Assembly (NCBI GenBank): GCA_051294375.1
Contig: CM119264.1
Coordinates: forward strand, 28,562,696 to 28,626,695
Length of the DNA: 64,000 bases
Origin: Paraspadella gotoi
Lineage: Eukaryota; Animalia; Chaetognatha
Reading direction: 5' to 3'
Below the pieces are notes generated by a model. That model saw nothing but the letters and a program-made list of their open reading frames with translations. It had not been told where the DNA came from and did not search any database. The translations under genes and the position numbers were made by a program. Shown in pieces: positions 12,801 to 24,205 of the stretch; position 1 is the stretch's first letter; each line of letters opens with the position of its first letter.

Positions 12801-15800
12801 GAGTTCGCCGACGTTGATTGAAACTCCCTCATTGGATACGGAAGTCATGGATCCATGGCGAAGCTTTTGAATGAGGCCGTCGCCAAAGTCAGTCACTTTT
12901 ATGTACTCTTTTTCGTAATCTGAATTACATATTGAATATTGAAGGTTTCCATGGGGAAAAGAGATAATTTAGTTAAAGGGAAAACTTACTTCCGCTGTGG
13001 CTTCTACCCTCAAATGTCTCTTTAATTTTAATCTTCTCTGTCTCACTCTCGAGTTCATTTGTGGAAGAGCTGCACAATCCGCGATGGGTGGTGGATGCTG
13101 ATGCTCGTTTTAAAGTTACCTAGCGGTGTTTTTAATGTTCTATTCTATTATATGTCTTAAAGCAGTTTTATTGATTTTGATATCTTGGTTTCTAAAATGT
13201 CAAACTTTCAAATAACGAATTTTACCTTAAGAAACTCTGGAATCCCGCACTTATCCAACCCATTGTCGTGGGATTTTGTATAGTTGTTTCTGTGCCAACA
13301 AATCCCTTCTGTTGAGTTGGAGAGTAGATCGTTTTCTTCCGGCATTTCCGTTTTTGAAAGACGAAGAGAAAAAAATGGAAGGCGTTTTGTTGTGAGAGTC
13401 AAGTGGCGGACGTGTTGAGGTGGTCCGGTTAAAATCCCTTTTTCCTCTTCTCTCCGCCCGCGCATCTTCTAGATCTCGCCTCATGAATCTCCGAGGCCGC
13501 GATTGGCCAATCCACCTTCTCTCCGCGTCGGGATGAGGGATTGAAACGAGCGAGGGAGAGCGAGAGAGTGAGAGATGGCCGAGGTTATTCACGAATCCTT
13601 CGTTAACTTAAACACGGACCAGTAGTTAAAGATTCGGGATCGTTAAAAGTTGAGTATTTTGAGGCAAACTTTATCGTTTGGAGTTTACCTAAACTTAAAT
13701 TCATAATTTTTTTTAACCATTTTTTACGTAACTTATTTTAAAAATGAATTTGTTAGGAACAAAATCCAAAGTTAATACTTTAAAGTTTTAATGATTGAAA
13801 ACGAGGACGACAGGAGATCACTATCTAATGTTTGCGTGGGTGTGACGATTGACGATAATAATAATATGGCCAAGTTAACCAATATAAAGTTAACCAATAT
13901 GCTCTGGAACGAGCTCGTCAGGCCAAACATGCCAAGTATGAAGGTAAACTTCCGGCCGATGTTGGTTTCATCCCTTAGGTTGTTATCACCTTTGGGGCTT
14001 GGGATCTGGACGCGCTCTCAAACCTTAGATTTTCCAAAACTCCAAGCAATGAATGCAGGTCCTCGACGTTTCTTTGAGAGACTATCTCTCTGCTTTCCCG
14101 AAGTCCCGTGATTGAGTTGCCGCATCATGTGGATGGAATTGCTTGACTTTGTCCCCTGATCTCTCCTTTTTTCTAAATTTCTTCTTTTTGGTTCGCTTTT
14201 ATTGTTAACATAAAACATTTTTGCAACAGTTCCCGCTATTATCTGTTATTGGTATTTTGTCTATTCTGAATATTTAATGCTTTGGTACATTTAATAAGGC
14301 TGCTTTCAAAAAATTTAAATTTATATATATAACCATAATGAATACTTAAGATTCAAAATTATCCCTACTTGAGTCAGGAAGCTTGCTTTCTTGGGCTGGC
14401 TATATTAGTTAAGTTCGGTATAAATGAGAGTTTGTTATAATTCGTGCAAATCGTTTATTACTTCCCGGTGAACCCATACCCGTTATCAATTAAGTACATA
14501 GTGACAATTCAAATCACGTAGCTAGAAATTTTTCTTCTAGTTCTATGAAATATAATTAAAATTTAAATGTCTAAATTTTCTTGTTTAAAGTGCGGATAAT
14601 AAAACTAATTCTAGCTTCATTATTTAAACTGTCATCATTTCAATTTCGGTTTACATACATAGTTACATCACAACAAGCAAAAAAAAAGCAATTGGCAAGA
14701 AATTTCACGCAGTTGTGGTCGATTCCGATTGCGGATCCGAAGTTGGCATCTTGAAAGTGTAGTTGGCGTTGATCTCTTGCGTCTGAAACAAACCATCGAT
14801 GCTCGGCGCTTTCTTTAACTTTTTCCATTCTTCTTTTTCTGATCCCAAATCGATTTCCAATTTGGTCTCTCGCTTCTCGCTTCCGCCGCCGACACGCGTC
14901 AGATCGACGTCGCTGCCGAATTCCCTGGAGAAGACGCTGAGGTGCATTCGTTGGTGGCCGATGAGGTTGATGTTCTCCAGCGAGGAAGTGAATCGCTTGA
15001 GTCCCTTTCTGGTCCCGAATTTACTTCCGATGTCATCTTTGTCGTCTGCCTCTCTTCCACGGGCCACGCCCTTTTCCGCCTCAGCGTTTTCCTTTTCCTC
15101 GGGAGACGCGACGATTCTCGGTTCTAGAATCGACTCCTCACTCCCCGCCTTTTTCTTTTTCAACTTTTCCAACGCGTTTTTCGTGTCTCCAAATTCTTCG
15201 TCTGCTCCGTAAAAGTTTCTCATCTTTTGCTTTTGATGTTGAACAGCTAGGGCGTCTTTGGTCGCTGCGGGTTTAGGCGGTTTTTTCCGCGCTTCAACAT
15301 CGGCCGGTTTGACCGCGCCGCAGTCCGAAACGTCGCGCGATGCCATCGGGGCTTTAGGAGCTCTGGGCGGTGGCGGTCTTGCGGCTATCCGCTCCGGACT
15401 GGACGCCCTCGATCCTTGCCGCGATCCGGGCAGCGACCGACTCGGCTGCCCGATCTCGGTTTTTTTCAGTCGCATGCCCTTCCACTCTGGCTCGCGAAGA
15501 TTTTGGCTGCTGACCGAGCTTCTCCTAGAGAGCGACCGATTGATGGCCGTCAGACTAGTGAAGGCACCGTTCCATTCCTCCGTATTCTCTGCCACGCCCA
15601 TCTTCTTTAGACTTTCCCTCATCGACGCCTCGTCCGTCACGTCATCGCGACTCGGCGTCCTTCTCAACGCCACTCGCCGAAACTCTGGCTCGGCCTCGCG
15701 CGTCGGCGTGGTTCCTCTTGATCGGCTGGCGCCCGGGCGTAGCTCGCGTGGCGCAGAGTCTCCACGCTCGATTCTTTTGAGGGAGACTTTATAAAAGTCA

Positions 15801-18766
15801 GGGAGCGTCGGGTCGGAGAGTTCGCGGTCGTCAGCCGGCGAGGTGGCGCGCGAGAGCGAGCGCGACCTCGGCGGCGTCGGGCGGTACAGCATCTTCTCCC
15901 GCGGCGCCACCTTTTTTAGCGAAGATTTCGACGGCTCTTGGTTGGCGTCTCCCGTCACTGGGATGCCCTCGAACGTAGGCGTGGCCTCTCGCGACATGCG
16001 GGAGAGGCTGGATGAGATAATAAAGATAAAAAGTTGTAATAACTTGTAGTCTTGTATAATAACACAAAAAGATGATGCACTTACGTCGGTGTCTTTCCTC
16101 TGGCGCTAAAAGAAGTCGGTTTGTCTTCGACGACGGGTTTGTCCTCATTTTGCTCCTTGGCGATTTCTGACGGTGACATTTTCGTATTGTTTCGCTTCGT
16201 ATTTGTTTGGTTTGTAACTTTTACGCAATAATGAGATTTTTTGGTTTTCTTCTTCTTTTTTTTTTACATGTATTGTGTATAGATTTTGGTTTGCAAATTT
16301 GTATGTTTGGTTAATGATTTATGGTGAATTTAGGTTGTTTTTTTCTTCTTCTTTGTTTCTTTTAGTTTTTTAAGTAGTCAGTTCTTTTTTTCTCAAGCTA
16401 GATGTTTCAGACTTGGCTTTTTCGAGATCGATGGTTCGTTGTTTGCTTGAGAGTCGATCTCGATCTTTCGTTTTATACCGATTCGACCCTGACTTTAGGA
16501 GCTCCGTGAGGAAGGGGGGGCAGGGGTCTGTGTCGAAGGTGAGGGGTGGGGCGGTGCGTGGCAAATTCGAGAAAGCCAACGAAACTGGGGCAACGTTTAC
16601 TTTTCTCTTTTCGAATTTAAGACCTTCCTCAATTGGTTTTGAAATACCAAAAGTTATCTCCTAATATTGAATATTTATGAAATTGGTACAACCAATGTAA
16701 AAATTATCCATTCATTTAATAAATAAGCTATCTTGCCCCTGACTTTGGACAGGCTTTGGTGGTTTAAGGCCTCCATCACTCTTGCAAGATAATGACATAG
16801 CAGGTCTCTGCAAGCTTTCAATCAAGACTCTCTCACAGTCTCGTTTATTCACTCCCACATATTCGAATGCAAATAAAATTATGATTTTTTTTTCATATTA
16901 AAACTTAAATTTCCATCTTGAATTTCGAGTCGTGGGCGTACATCTGAAATATTCTCATTTCCGCAAATCGTTCGCGAATCAAACCATCAGAACTTGTGGA
17001 AATTCGAGCCAAATTTCTCGAATTATCTTGAAAAAAAAAAGCTAAAAAGAAATTCCCAGAGTCAAGTTGCCCTCCAACGTTCGAGGTGAACGGACGATTA
17101 AAAACTTGCCGTGGAAGTTGATGGTGAAATTGTAGTTGTCAGTTTTAAATAAGTGTATATTTATATACATGAAAAATGATTTCGCCCGGAATTTCAAAAA
17201 TTCGGATGAGAGGATTTTAAGTTATTTGTTAGCTATATATATATATATAAATATAGCTATTTTTCTGTTAAATATGGCACCCGTTATATTTTGAATTTCG
17301 GAAATGTTTTTCCCTTAAGACGGACGATCTCCAAATGGTTACGGAAGCAACGAAGAAACTCTTCGTCCACAAACCCGACCTCATGGACGGACTCCCCGCC
17401 ACCGGCATCATTCCTCGAGTCTTTCAAATAATGAGCAAGGGCAACGAAGCCACTTGCAGGTGAGTGTGTGAGAAAGTGAGGGGGAGAGAGGGAAAGAGAA
17501 AGAGAGAGAGTGAGAGAGACGCTCTTTATATCAATGGAGCGTTGACCTTTCTCTATTCCTCATCATTTTCCTCATCACCATTCTCCTCGGCCAACCCTCA
17601 GCTCCGCCTTGGACCTGGCCCATCTCCTAGCGACGAGCCCTTCCTGCGTTCAAGCGATGACTACTTTTCACGTGATCGCGCCGGTGCAGACGGCGCTGCG
17701 GGCGCGACCCGACGCCGCCTTCGTGGCGATCGACACTCTATATCGTCTCTTCAAGGGTCACCTCCACACGGAACTCGTGATTCAGATGATGAACGCGGAC
17801 ATGATCAACTTCCTTCTCTCGATCCTCGACGGCGGGAGGATACCGGGGGACGGGAGGCCCAACGTAATCACGAGGAAGAAAAAGATTTAAATTTCACCTT
17901 TTTATAATTTTTTAAAGTTTGAAAAGATTAGTAGACGGTTACCTTCTTTAATTTCAAAAGTTTAAATGATCAAAATAAAGTTGGATACGATTAAAATGTA
18001 TATATTTCAACTTAATGATGAACTCTTTTAACTTTTAGAGCGACGTCGCTTTGGACGGAAGCGTGAGAGGCATCATCGCGGAGACGTTGAAGTCTTTGGC
18101 AAAACCCAATTCGCCTTACGGTCCAGAGGTTAGTTGGTTTAATATTATATGGAAGGTCATTACAGTCATTAATGACCTTAGTTAGCGGTTAGTTAGTTTA
18201 ATATTATATGGAAAGTCATGATAGTTGTTAATGACCTTAGTTAGCGGTTAGTTGGTTTAATATTATATGGACGGTCATGACAGTTGTTAATGACCTTAGT
18301 TAGCGGTTAGTTGGTCTAATATTATATGGAAGGTCATGATAGTTGTTAATGACCTTAGTTAGCGGTTAGTTGGTTTAATATTATATGGAAGGTCATGACA
18401 GTCGTTAACCTCTCAATCACGTTTTCATTCTCCTCAGATCGACGCCATTTTGTCAAAGGCTCCAGTTTGGAAACAATACAAGTATCAGGATCATCGCTTC
18501 TTTATACCCGACGCCACCACCAAACAAGCGATTGCGGGTCCGACCCTTTTTTTTTATATTTAATCGGATTTTACGAAAGTTTTTTTTTTTTTAAATAAAA
18601 TCTATATGAAGTCGACGTAATTCATGACATCAAATCTTTATGCATTTAGATGTTCATTTGTTTCTTCGAATCAGGCCCAGCGAGCGCCACCTTGCAGATC
18701 ACGGGACCCACGACGCCCTCTTCCCGTCTCCCACCGGCCCCGCCCACTTCTCCTCCAGAGTTTTAG
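3888..18766 (+). CDS. DNAJC13: RME-8 / DNAJC13 (DnaJ subfamily C member 13), 3' half; many short exons
   Basis: Spliced translation gives [23 protein letters not shown]...KVKK|[22 protein letters not shown] (J-domain HPD at 4142-4150), followed by [56 protein letters not shown] and [13 protein letters not shown]. These all match recalled RME-8 motifs. Stop TAG at 18764-18766. The first exon begins at an acceptor mid-protein, so the 5' half lies outside the window. Confidence 0.95.
9577..13345 (-). CDS. Nested antisense 8-exon gene (~868 aa), unknown family: PEFLK-x-x-LKR motif at both termini, 3 DFGDG repeats, 16-aa helical repeats, coiled coil, acidic tail
   Basis: Exons 13345-13226, 13119-12990, 12919-12800, 12728-12568, 12505-10794, 10396-10163, 9990-9901 and 9616-9577 are all GT-AG and phase-consistent, totalling 2607 nt and ending ...[17 protein letters not shown]. 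The gene lies entirely in the RME-8 intron ~9079-17339. The start codon is inferred. Confidence 0.8.
10002..10173. repeat. ~63-bp direct duplication that includes a 5' splice site of the nested gene
   Basis: attttgaaaatgtcattttatattttctgttccaataagggattttaccgacctctgactttt occurs at ~10003-10065 and ~10111-10173. On the minus strand it contains AG|GTCGGT. Confidence 0.9.
10448..10804. repeat. 33-bp minisatellite, ~11 copies
   Basis: Unit aaaaatccggcctcacctttgacaaaatttgat, near-identical copies without spacers. Each minus-strand unit carries AAG|GTGAGG. Confidence 0.97.
14705..16179 (-). CDS. Nested antisense gene (~465 aa), basic, S/R/P-rich disordered protein with repeated P-[ED]-[FW]-x4-L-[KR]-[KR] motifs
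   Basis: Exon 16179-16085 ([10 protein letters not shown]...GKTP) splices in frame to exon 16007-14705 (430-aa ORF). Motifs [30 protein letters not shown]. The 5' end is uncertain. Confidence 0.75.
16370..16660 (-). other. Possible additional antisense exon ([13 protein letters not shown]...[10 protein letters not shown]...LRKKELTT*)
   Basis: Open frame of ~97 codons after a ttag acceptor, with coding-like composition. Its connection to neighbouring exons was not resolved. Confidence 0.3.
16673..16854 (+). mobile_element. Interspersed repeat fragment, copy 1 (~180 bp)
   Basis: Near-identical to the reverse complement of 56124-56305, apart from scattered substitutions. Confidence 0.8.
18128..18408. 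repeat. 59-bp intronic tandem repeat, ~4.8 copies, with internal inverted repeat
   Basis: Units start at 18128, 18187, 18246, 18305 and 18364 (ggttagttggtttaatattatatggaaggtcat...atgaccttagttagc). The array begins at the RME-8 donor GAG|GTTAGT. Confidence 0.95.
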
Positions 18767-20469
18767 AGTCGGACGCCATCAACGTCGTTGTTTCTCTCTT
18801 TCTTCCGCCGGTCGAGAATTTCCCTTCGTCATCCTTCGTTTTTTAGGATCAATTTTTCTTTCCTTTTTTTTTTTTTTTTTTGGACTTTCCAGCGAAAAAA
18901 GTTGTTTTGTTTCGGAGGGAATTTTAGTTTTATCTTTTTCAAAATGGCGGCAAAACGATGATGACAAAAACTCTAGTCATTCCTTGTTTTCGTTCTTTTC
19001 TTGTTTTATTCGATGATCTTTTTTTTTTTTTAAAGTTTAACCTAAGATATCTTTATCTAGTATGTATTAGCCGTTTTGATACTTTCGGCGCAAGTCTTTT
19101 TTATTCGCCTACTATATTATCTTTAGTATGCTAATTTCTCGATATATTCTTGATTAAAAAAAAATGATGAATAAAGAATAGGTGATTCAGGTTTTAAAAA
19201 TTCGTAAAAGCGCTTGATTTTTTAATTCAAACAAATAATAATAGGTGAAGTCAAATGAATTTCGTTCAAATTGTCATCGAATTGCTCGATTTACGTGGAG
19301 AATTGAGTTTCATTGAAATGTAATTGTCATAATCCTAATAATAATTCTTACTATTCATTAGATGTGTGAAAATTTATTTTTAATAGCTACCGTCAAATTA
19401 GATTCCAAAACAGCTAGAGAAAATATAACGAAATAATATATTGTTTAAATCTTTCAACCACATCAATTAATCACGCAGCGTAGCTTAATGACAATGTACA
19501 TAATATTAAGTTAAATATATCAAAAAGACTAGAACAGAACTGCGAAGGGGGGAAGGGGTCCTTCCCAATTAACCATGACATACTCTGTGTCTCAAAACGA
19601 GGGACACAAAATAAACCACTACGATTCCTTCCTGTCGAAAGATGATTCAATCTCGGTTTTTTATTACTTAGATATATTTTTCTAAAACGTTTTAGTTAGA
19701 TATATCTCTTATTTATTGGCTCGACTTATATTTGTTGCTACAATTATTGAAATCGCATTTAAACAGAGGCGCGATTTTTCCATCTTTAAAGATTTAATAT
19801 TATTAAATATTATTATTTTTTACTACTAATTGAATTTTCTTTTGAGACACCAAGTAATTAATAATTAATCGGTTCGGTTAACCTAAAATTCGGCTAGGTG
19901 TCGCTGTTTCTCGAGGCAGGCCGAAATTATTCTTGTCTTTAAAATAGACAAAAGAACTTTTTCTCATATACTTAACTTTTAACATAATCATAGTAAATAT
20001 TTTAAAATCGTTCTCAAACGGGAAGACCGATCAGATAAGATAGATTTAAGGATGGACCTGGGTGTTCCGAGATAAGGTTGAATGGTTACTCGAGAAGTCA
20101 GTCTCCTGAAACGATTCGGGAATGACCGTAACTCATAATAAGTAAGTCATAATAAATGACATTGAAAATAAACTGGGATACGAAAGCAAAAAAAGGAAAG
20201 GGAAAATCATTCGAAAGGGGGCGGGGGGAGTAGTCAATGAAGATAACCTCATGGTTAAATTGTGCAAGAAATGTTCCAAAATATAAAGAAGAGCAAAATA
20301 ACTTCTTCCCAATAAAATTTCTTCAAAAGCCATTCAAGTTGCTGATAAAAAGTCGTCCCGCTCTATTATAAATATTTTTCTAATCGATCTCGGGGCATTT
20401 TTGAGCGAGGCGTATTTGTTCAATGTTCATTTCATCTTATTCCATGAAGCAATAAGATTTACAATAAAG

Positions 20470-23400
20470 TCACCAATCGCCGGCGCCGAGTTTCTCAAGC
20501 CCGCCGTCAGCCACGCCTCTTTTGCTCGGCTTCCGACTCCCGCCTTTCCCTTTCCCTGCGTACTCTCCGATAAAAGATCCGTCCTCATTAAACTTCCCGA
20601 CTTCGTCTTCGTTGTACCAAATCAACGAATCGTTGTCCACCTCCACTTCCTCTTCATCTTCCTCCCTCTTCAACGACGACGACAAAGACGCCAGGCTCCC
20701 GCCAAACGCTTCCTCACGCAGTCGATGAAACTCGTTCAAATTTGCGGGCGGTTCCGGCGTCTCCGCCATTCGCCCCGCCTCCCGTTCCTTCTCCTGGACG
20801 GCGTACTTGCCACCGCGTCCCCTCCGCGTCAAGACGAAGACGACGAGGGCGACGACGATGACTACGACGCCAAGAACGACTAGAATGACGACGAGCCATA
20901 GAGGGACGGCTCGAGTGTCGGGACCTTCGCCCTCTGTCGTCAAAGCAATCTCGTCCGACGCCGTCGTCCAATCGTCTCCATTGGACGCGAGGCCGCGAAA
21001 GACGTAACGAGTCCCGGGTCGAAGATCGTCGATGACGACGTCGAAAAGATCACGCCCTTCGAGACGAGCGGATCGACGCCATTCGGGATAATGGATCGAA
21101 CGAAACTCGAGAAAGAAATGACTTCCTGGATTGTCGGACGACGCTGGCGCCAACGTGGCGTTGACGCTGACGTCGTCGTGACAGACGACGACGATGCGTG
21201 GAACGTCGGGCGGCGCCGCCAACGTGGTCGCCGCCTCCACGGCGTTTTTTTCTCCTTCGCCCGCCGACGTCGTCGCCGCCACGGAGACGCGGTACCGCGC
21301 CCGACGCTCCAGCCCCTTCAGGACAGCGACGACGGAATCCGGGGGCAGCGTCAGCGGCAGCGCCATGCGGTCGCCGAGGCGTCCGCCGCCTTCGACCCGA
21401 CGAGAGTAAAGACGAAATCCGACGAGGATTCCGTTGCGACGAACAGGGGGCGTCCAAGTGACGCGAAGACGATCGGCGCCGATGGGCGTGGCTTTAAGGT
21501 TGAGAACGGCGCCGGGTAGACCTTCGGGCGTCGTTACACGAACGGGCGGCGTTGGCGGCGAAACGAAGGCGCCGTTTTTGACGCGAAGACGAAAGAGGAA
21601 GTTGGAAAATGGCGTCAGTGGCGCCGCGACGCCGTTGGTGGAGTCGAATGGAAATTCGATGGATTTCCAATCCTCCTCCTCCTCCTCATCCTCATCCTCT
21701 TTTAAATATTCCATCACGAACCCAACAGGATTTCCTCTCAACTTCTCCTCCTCAAATTCGTCCCAGAAACATTTGGCCTCCGTCGGCGTCGTCGGCTTCT
21801 CGCACCTGAAATTCTCCGGCGCCGATTCGGGTCGACCTTCGCCCGACCATCCGGTGACCACTTCCGGCGCCGCCTTGGCCTGACCCGCGGCGTTGTAGGC
21901 GATGACCATGACGTCGAAAGGGACGAAGGAAGGTTGGTTCGTCGCCGTCCACGAGGCGGCGTCAGCGTCTTCGATCTCCACCGTCGTCCACGACGCCGAG
22001 GCGTCGAAAGTCTGACGCCGGAACTTGACCTGGTACCGAAAGTTGGGACCGTTACGTTGATCGGGCGTCAGAGGGCGCCATGATACGATCAGATTGTCGG
22101 GCGCGTCTCCTTTGCCCGTCACGTTGGCTGGATTGACGTCGGGCGTGTCTGGCGGCGTCACGCAGGCGGAAGATTCGCCGGAAAAAGGAGAGACGCCGAG
22201 ACGGTTTCGTGCCGAAAGGCGAAAGCGGTGTTCGGACCACGGCGCTAAATCGAGATCTACGGAAGATTCGACGGGTGAGGCTTCGCCCCAGACGCCCTCT
22301 GTCTCCGACGCCATCTTGGATTTGACTTGGAGGAAGAACCCTTGAATGGCGGCGCCACCGTCGTCGTTAGCGGTGAGGAGTAAAGTGGCGCCGCGGGGAT
22401 GGCATTCGACTCTTGGAGGATTTGGCGCTGCAGGGACGTCGAGAACCTGGAAATGATGGGGTGAGATTGAAATCTAGGAACATCGATGCACTTTTGTTCG
22501 ATATGCGGATTTGGTGATTTAGGTTTTGATGGGAAAAGCACGAGAAAATCGGAAACTCTAGCAGTCAAGCTCAATTGAGAAAAAAATAAAGAATTACAAA
22601 AGAAAAAGAGAAAGAAAAAAAGGGAATAAGAGAGAAAGAAAAAAATAAAGTAAATGAACAAACCAATTAAATAAATAAATTTATTCTCCCTTACAATTAA
22701 ATTGGCCTCTGACAAAGAGGAATCCAACTTCGTAGACGCGATGCAGGAATAGATTCCGACATCATCGCGATTCGAGTCTGAAATTCTAAGTCGAGAGACG
22801 ACGATCTTTCGAGTCTTTTCCTCTTCCTCCTCCTCCTCCTCCTCCTCCTCTATCCTAATCTTCCCCTCCTCCTCCATCGGCTTCTCATCTTTCTCCCAAG
22901 CGACGCCGATCGTGAGACGCGAATCTCCTTCGGCGCGACACACGAATTCGGCATCGTCGCCGGCGATTACGGTTCCATTCGCCGGCGTCATTTTCACGCT
23001 CGTTCTTCTTCGCACGTGCAAAGTCGTCGCCGCGACGATGGAACCGAATTTGTTACGCGCGTCGCAAACGTAGATTCCGGCGTCGTCGAGCGTCACGGCG
23101 TGAAAGACGAGAGCGCCATCTTCGTCGACCCTAAACGACGCCGCGTGTCCCTCCGTCGGCGTCTTCGACGGCTTCCACGTCACTTCCGGTCGCGGCGCCC
23201 CGTGCGTCTCGCAAGGAATCTTCACCGTGGCGCCCTCTAGATCCATCGTCAGCGGCGGCGGCGGCGTCACGAACGACGGCGGCTCGGCGACGACGTGAAC
23301 GAAGAAATCGACGAAGCCGTAACCGTGGACGTTGGACGCGTTGCACTGAAAGGAGGCCGAATCGACGCCGGACTTGGCGGAGAGGATCGTCAAGCTGCTC

Positions 23401-24080
23401 CCGTCGACGGCGATGTCGTATCGTGTGTCGAGGAAAGCGTCTTCGATCGGAACGCCGTTTCGCGAGAGACTCACTCGCGGCGCGGGCACGCCCTCTGCCG
23501 AGCAGACCACCTCGACGTTATCGTCTTCGGCCACGCGACGATTTTCCGGCGTCGAAGGAAAAAACGGCGCCGATTCGACGCGGACTTCGACGCGGCGCGA
23601 CGCCTGGGGAACGACGCCGTTGACGCCGCGGCATTCGTAGACGCCGGCGTCGGGAAAATCGACGCCGCGAATCTGAATTTCCTGACCGAAGCTGCGGATC
23701 GCTGCGCGGTCCGACGGAGCTGCGGAGCCTGACACTTTGGTCCACGTCACCTTCGGCGTCGGGTTTCCGGCGAAGAGACACTTGAGCGTCAACGTCTCTC
23801 CTTTCAGCGCCACCACCGACGCCGGCGGAGACCAAACCGGCGTCGGCGCTGATTCGCCGGCGTCGCCATCGACGACGACGACCGAATCGTCGCCTTGTTG
23901 GATCGATCGCATGACAGGATTGAGAACGTTGCACGTGTAGGGTCGGCCAGAGTTGACGTCGGTCGGGGACAGGTTTAAAAAGTGAAGATTGCCCTGGGAG
24001 CACAATGACTGACTGTGAGAACGTGTCTTTGTGTGTCCTCTCCTCTCCTATCTTTAAAACAGTATTATTAATTTATTAAT

Positions 24081-24135
<55 letters not shown>

Positions 24136-24172
24136 TTTTTTTTTCTTTCTTTCTTTCTTTCTTTTTCTTTCT

Positions 24173-24205
<33 letters not shown>

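Noticed and set aside
13791-14218. Coding-like stretch between the two nested genes
   Set aside because: Frames are interrupted or unrecognisable and no consistent splice model was found. Possibly decayed TE.
18128-18408. Palindromic repeat array as CRISPR
   Set aside because: Head-to-tail units without variable spacers; it is an intronic minisatellite.
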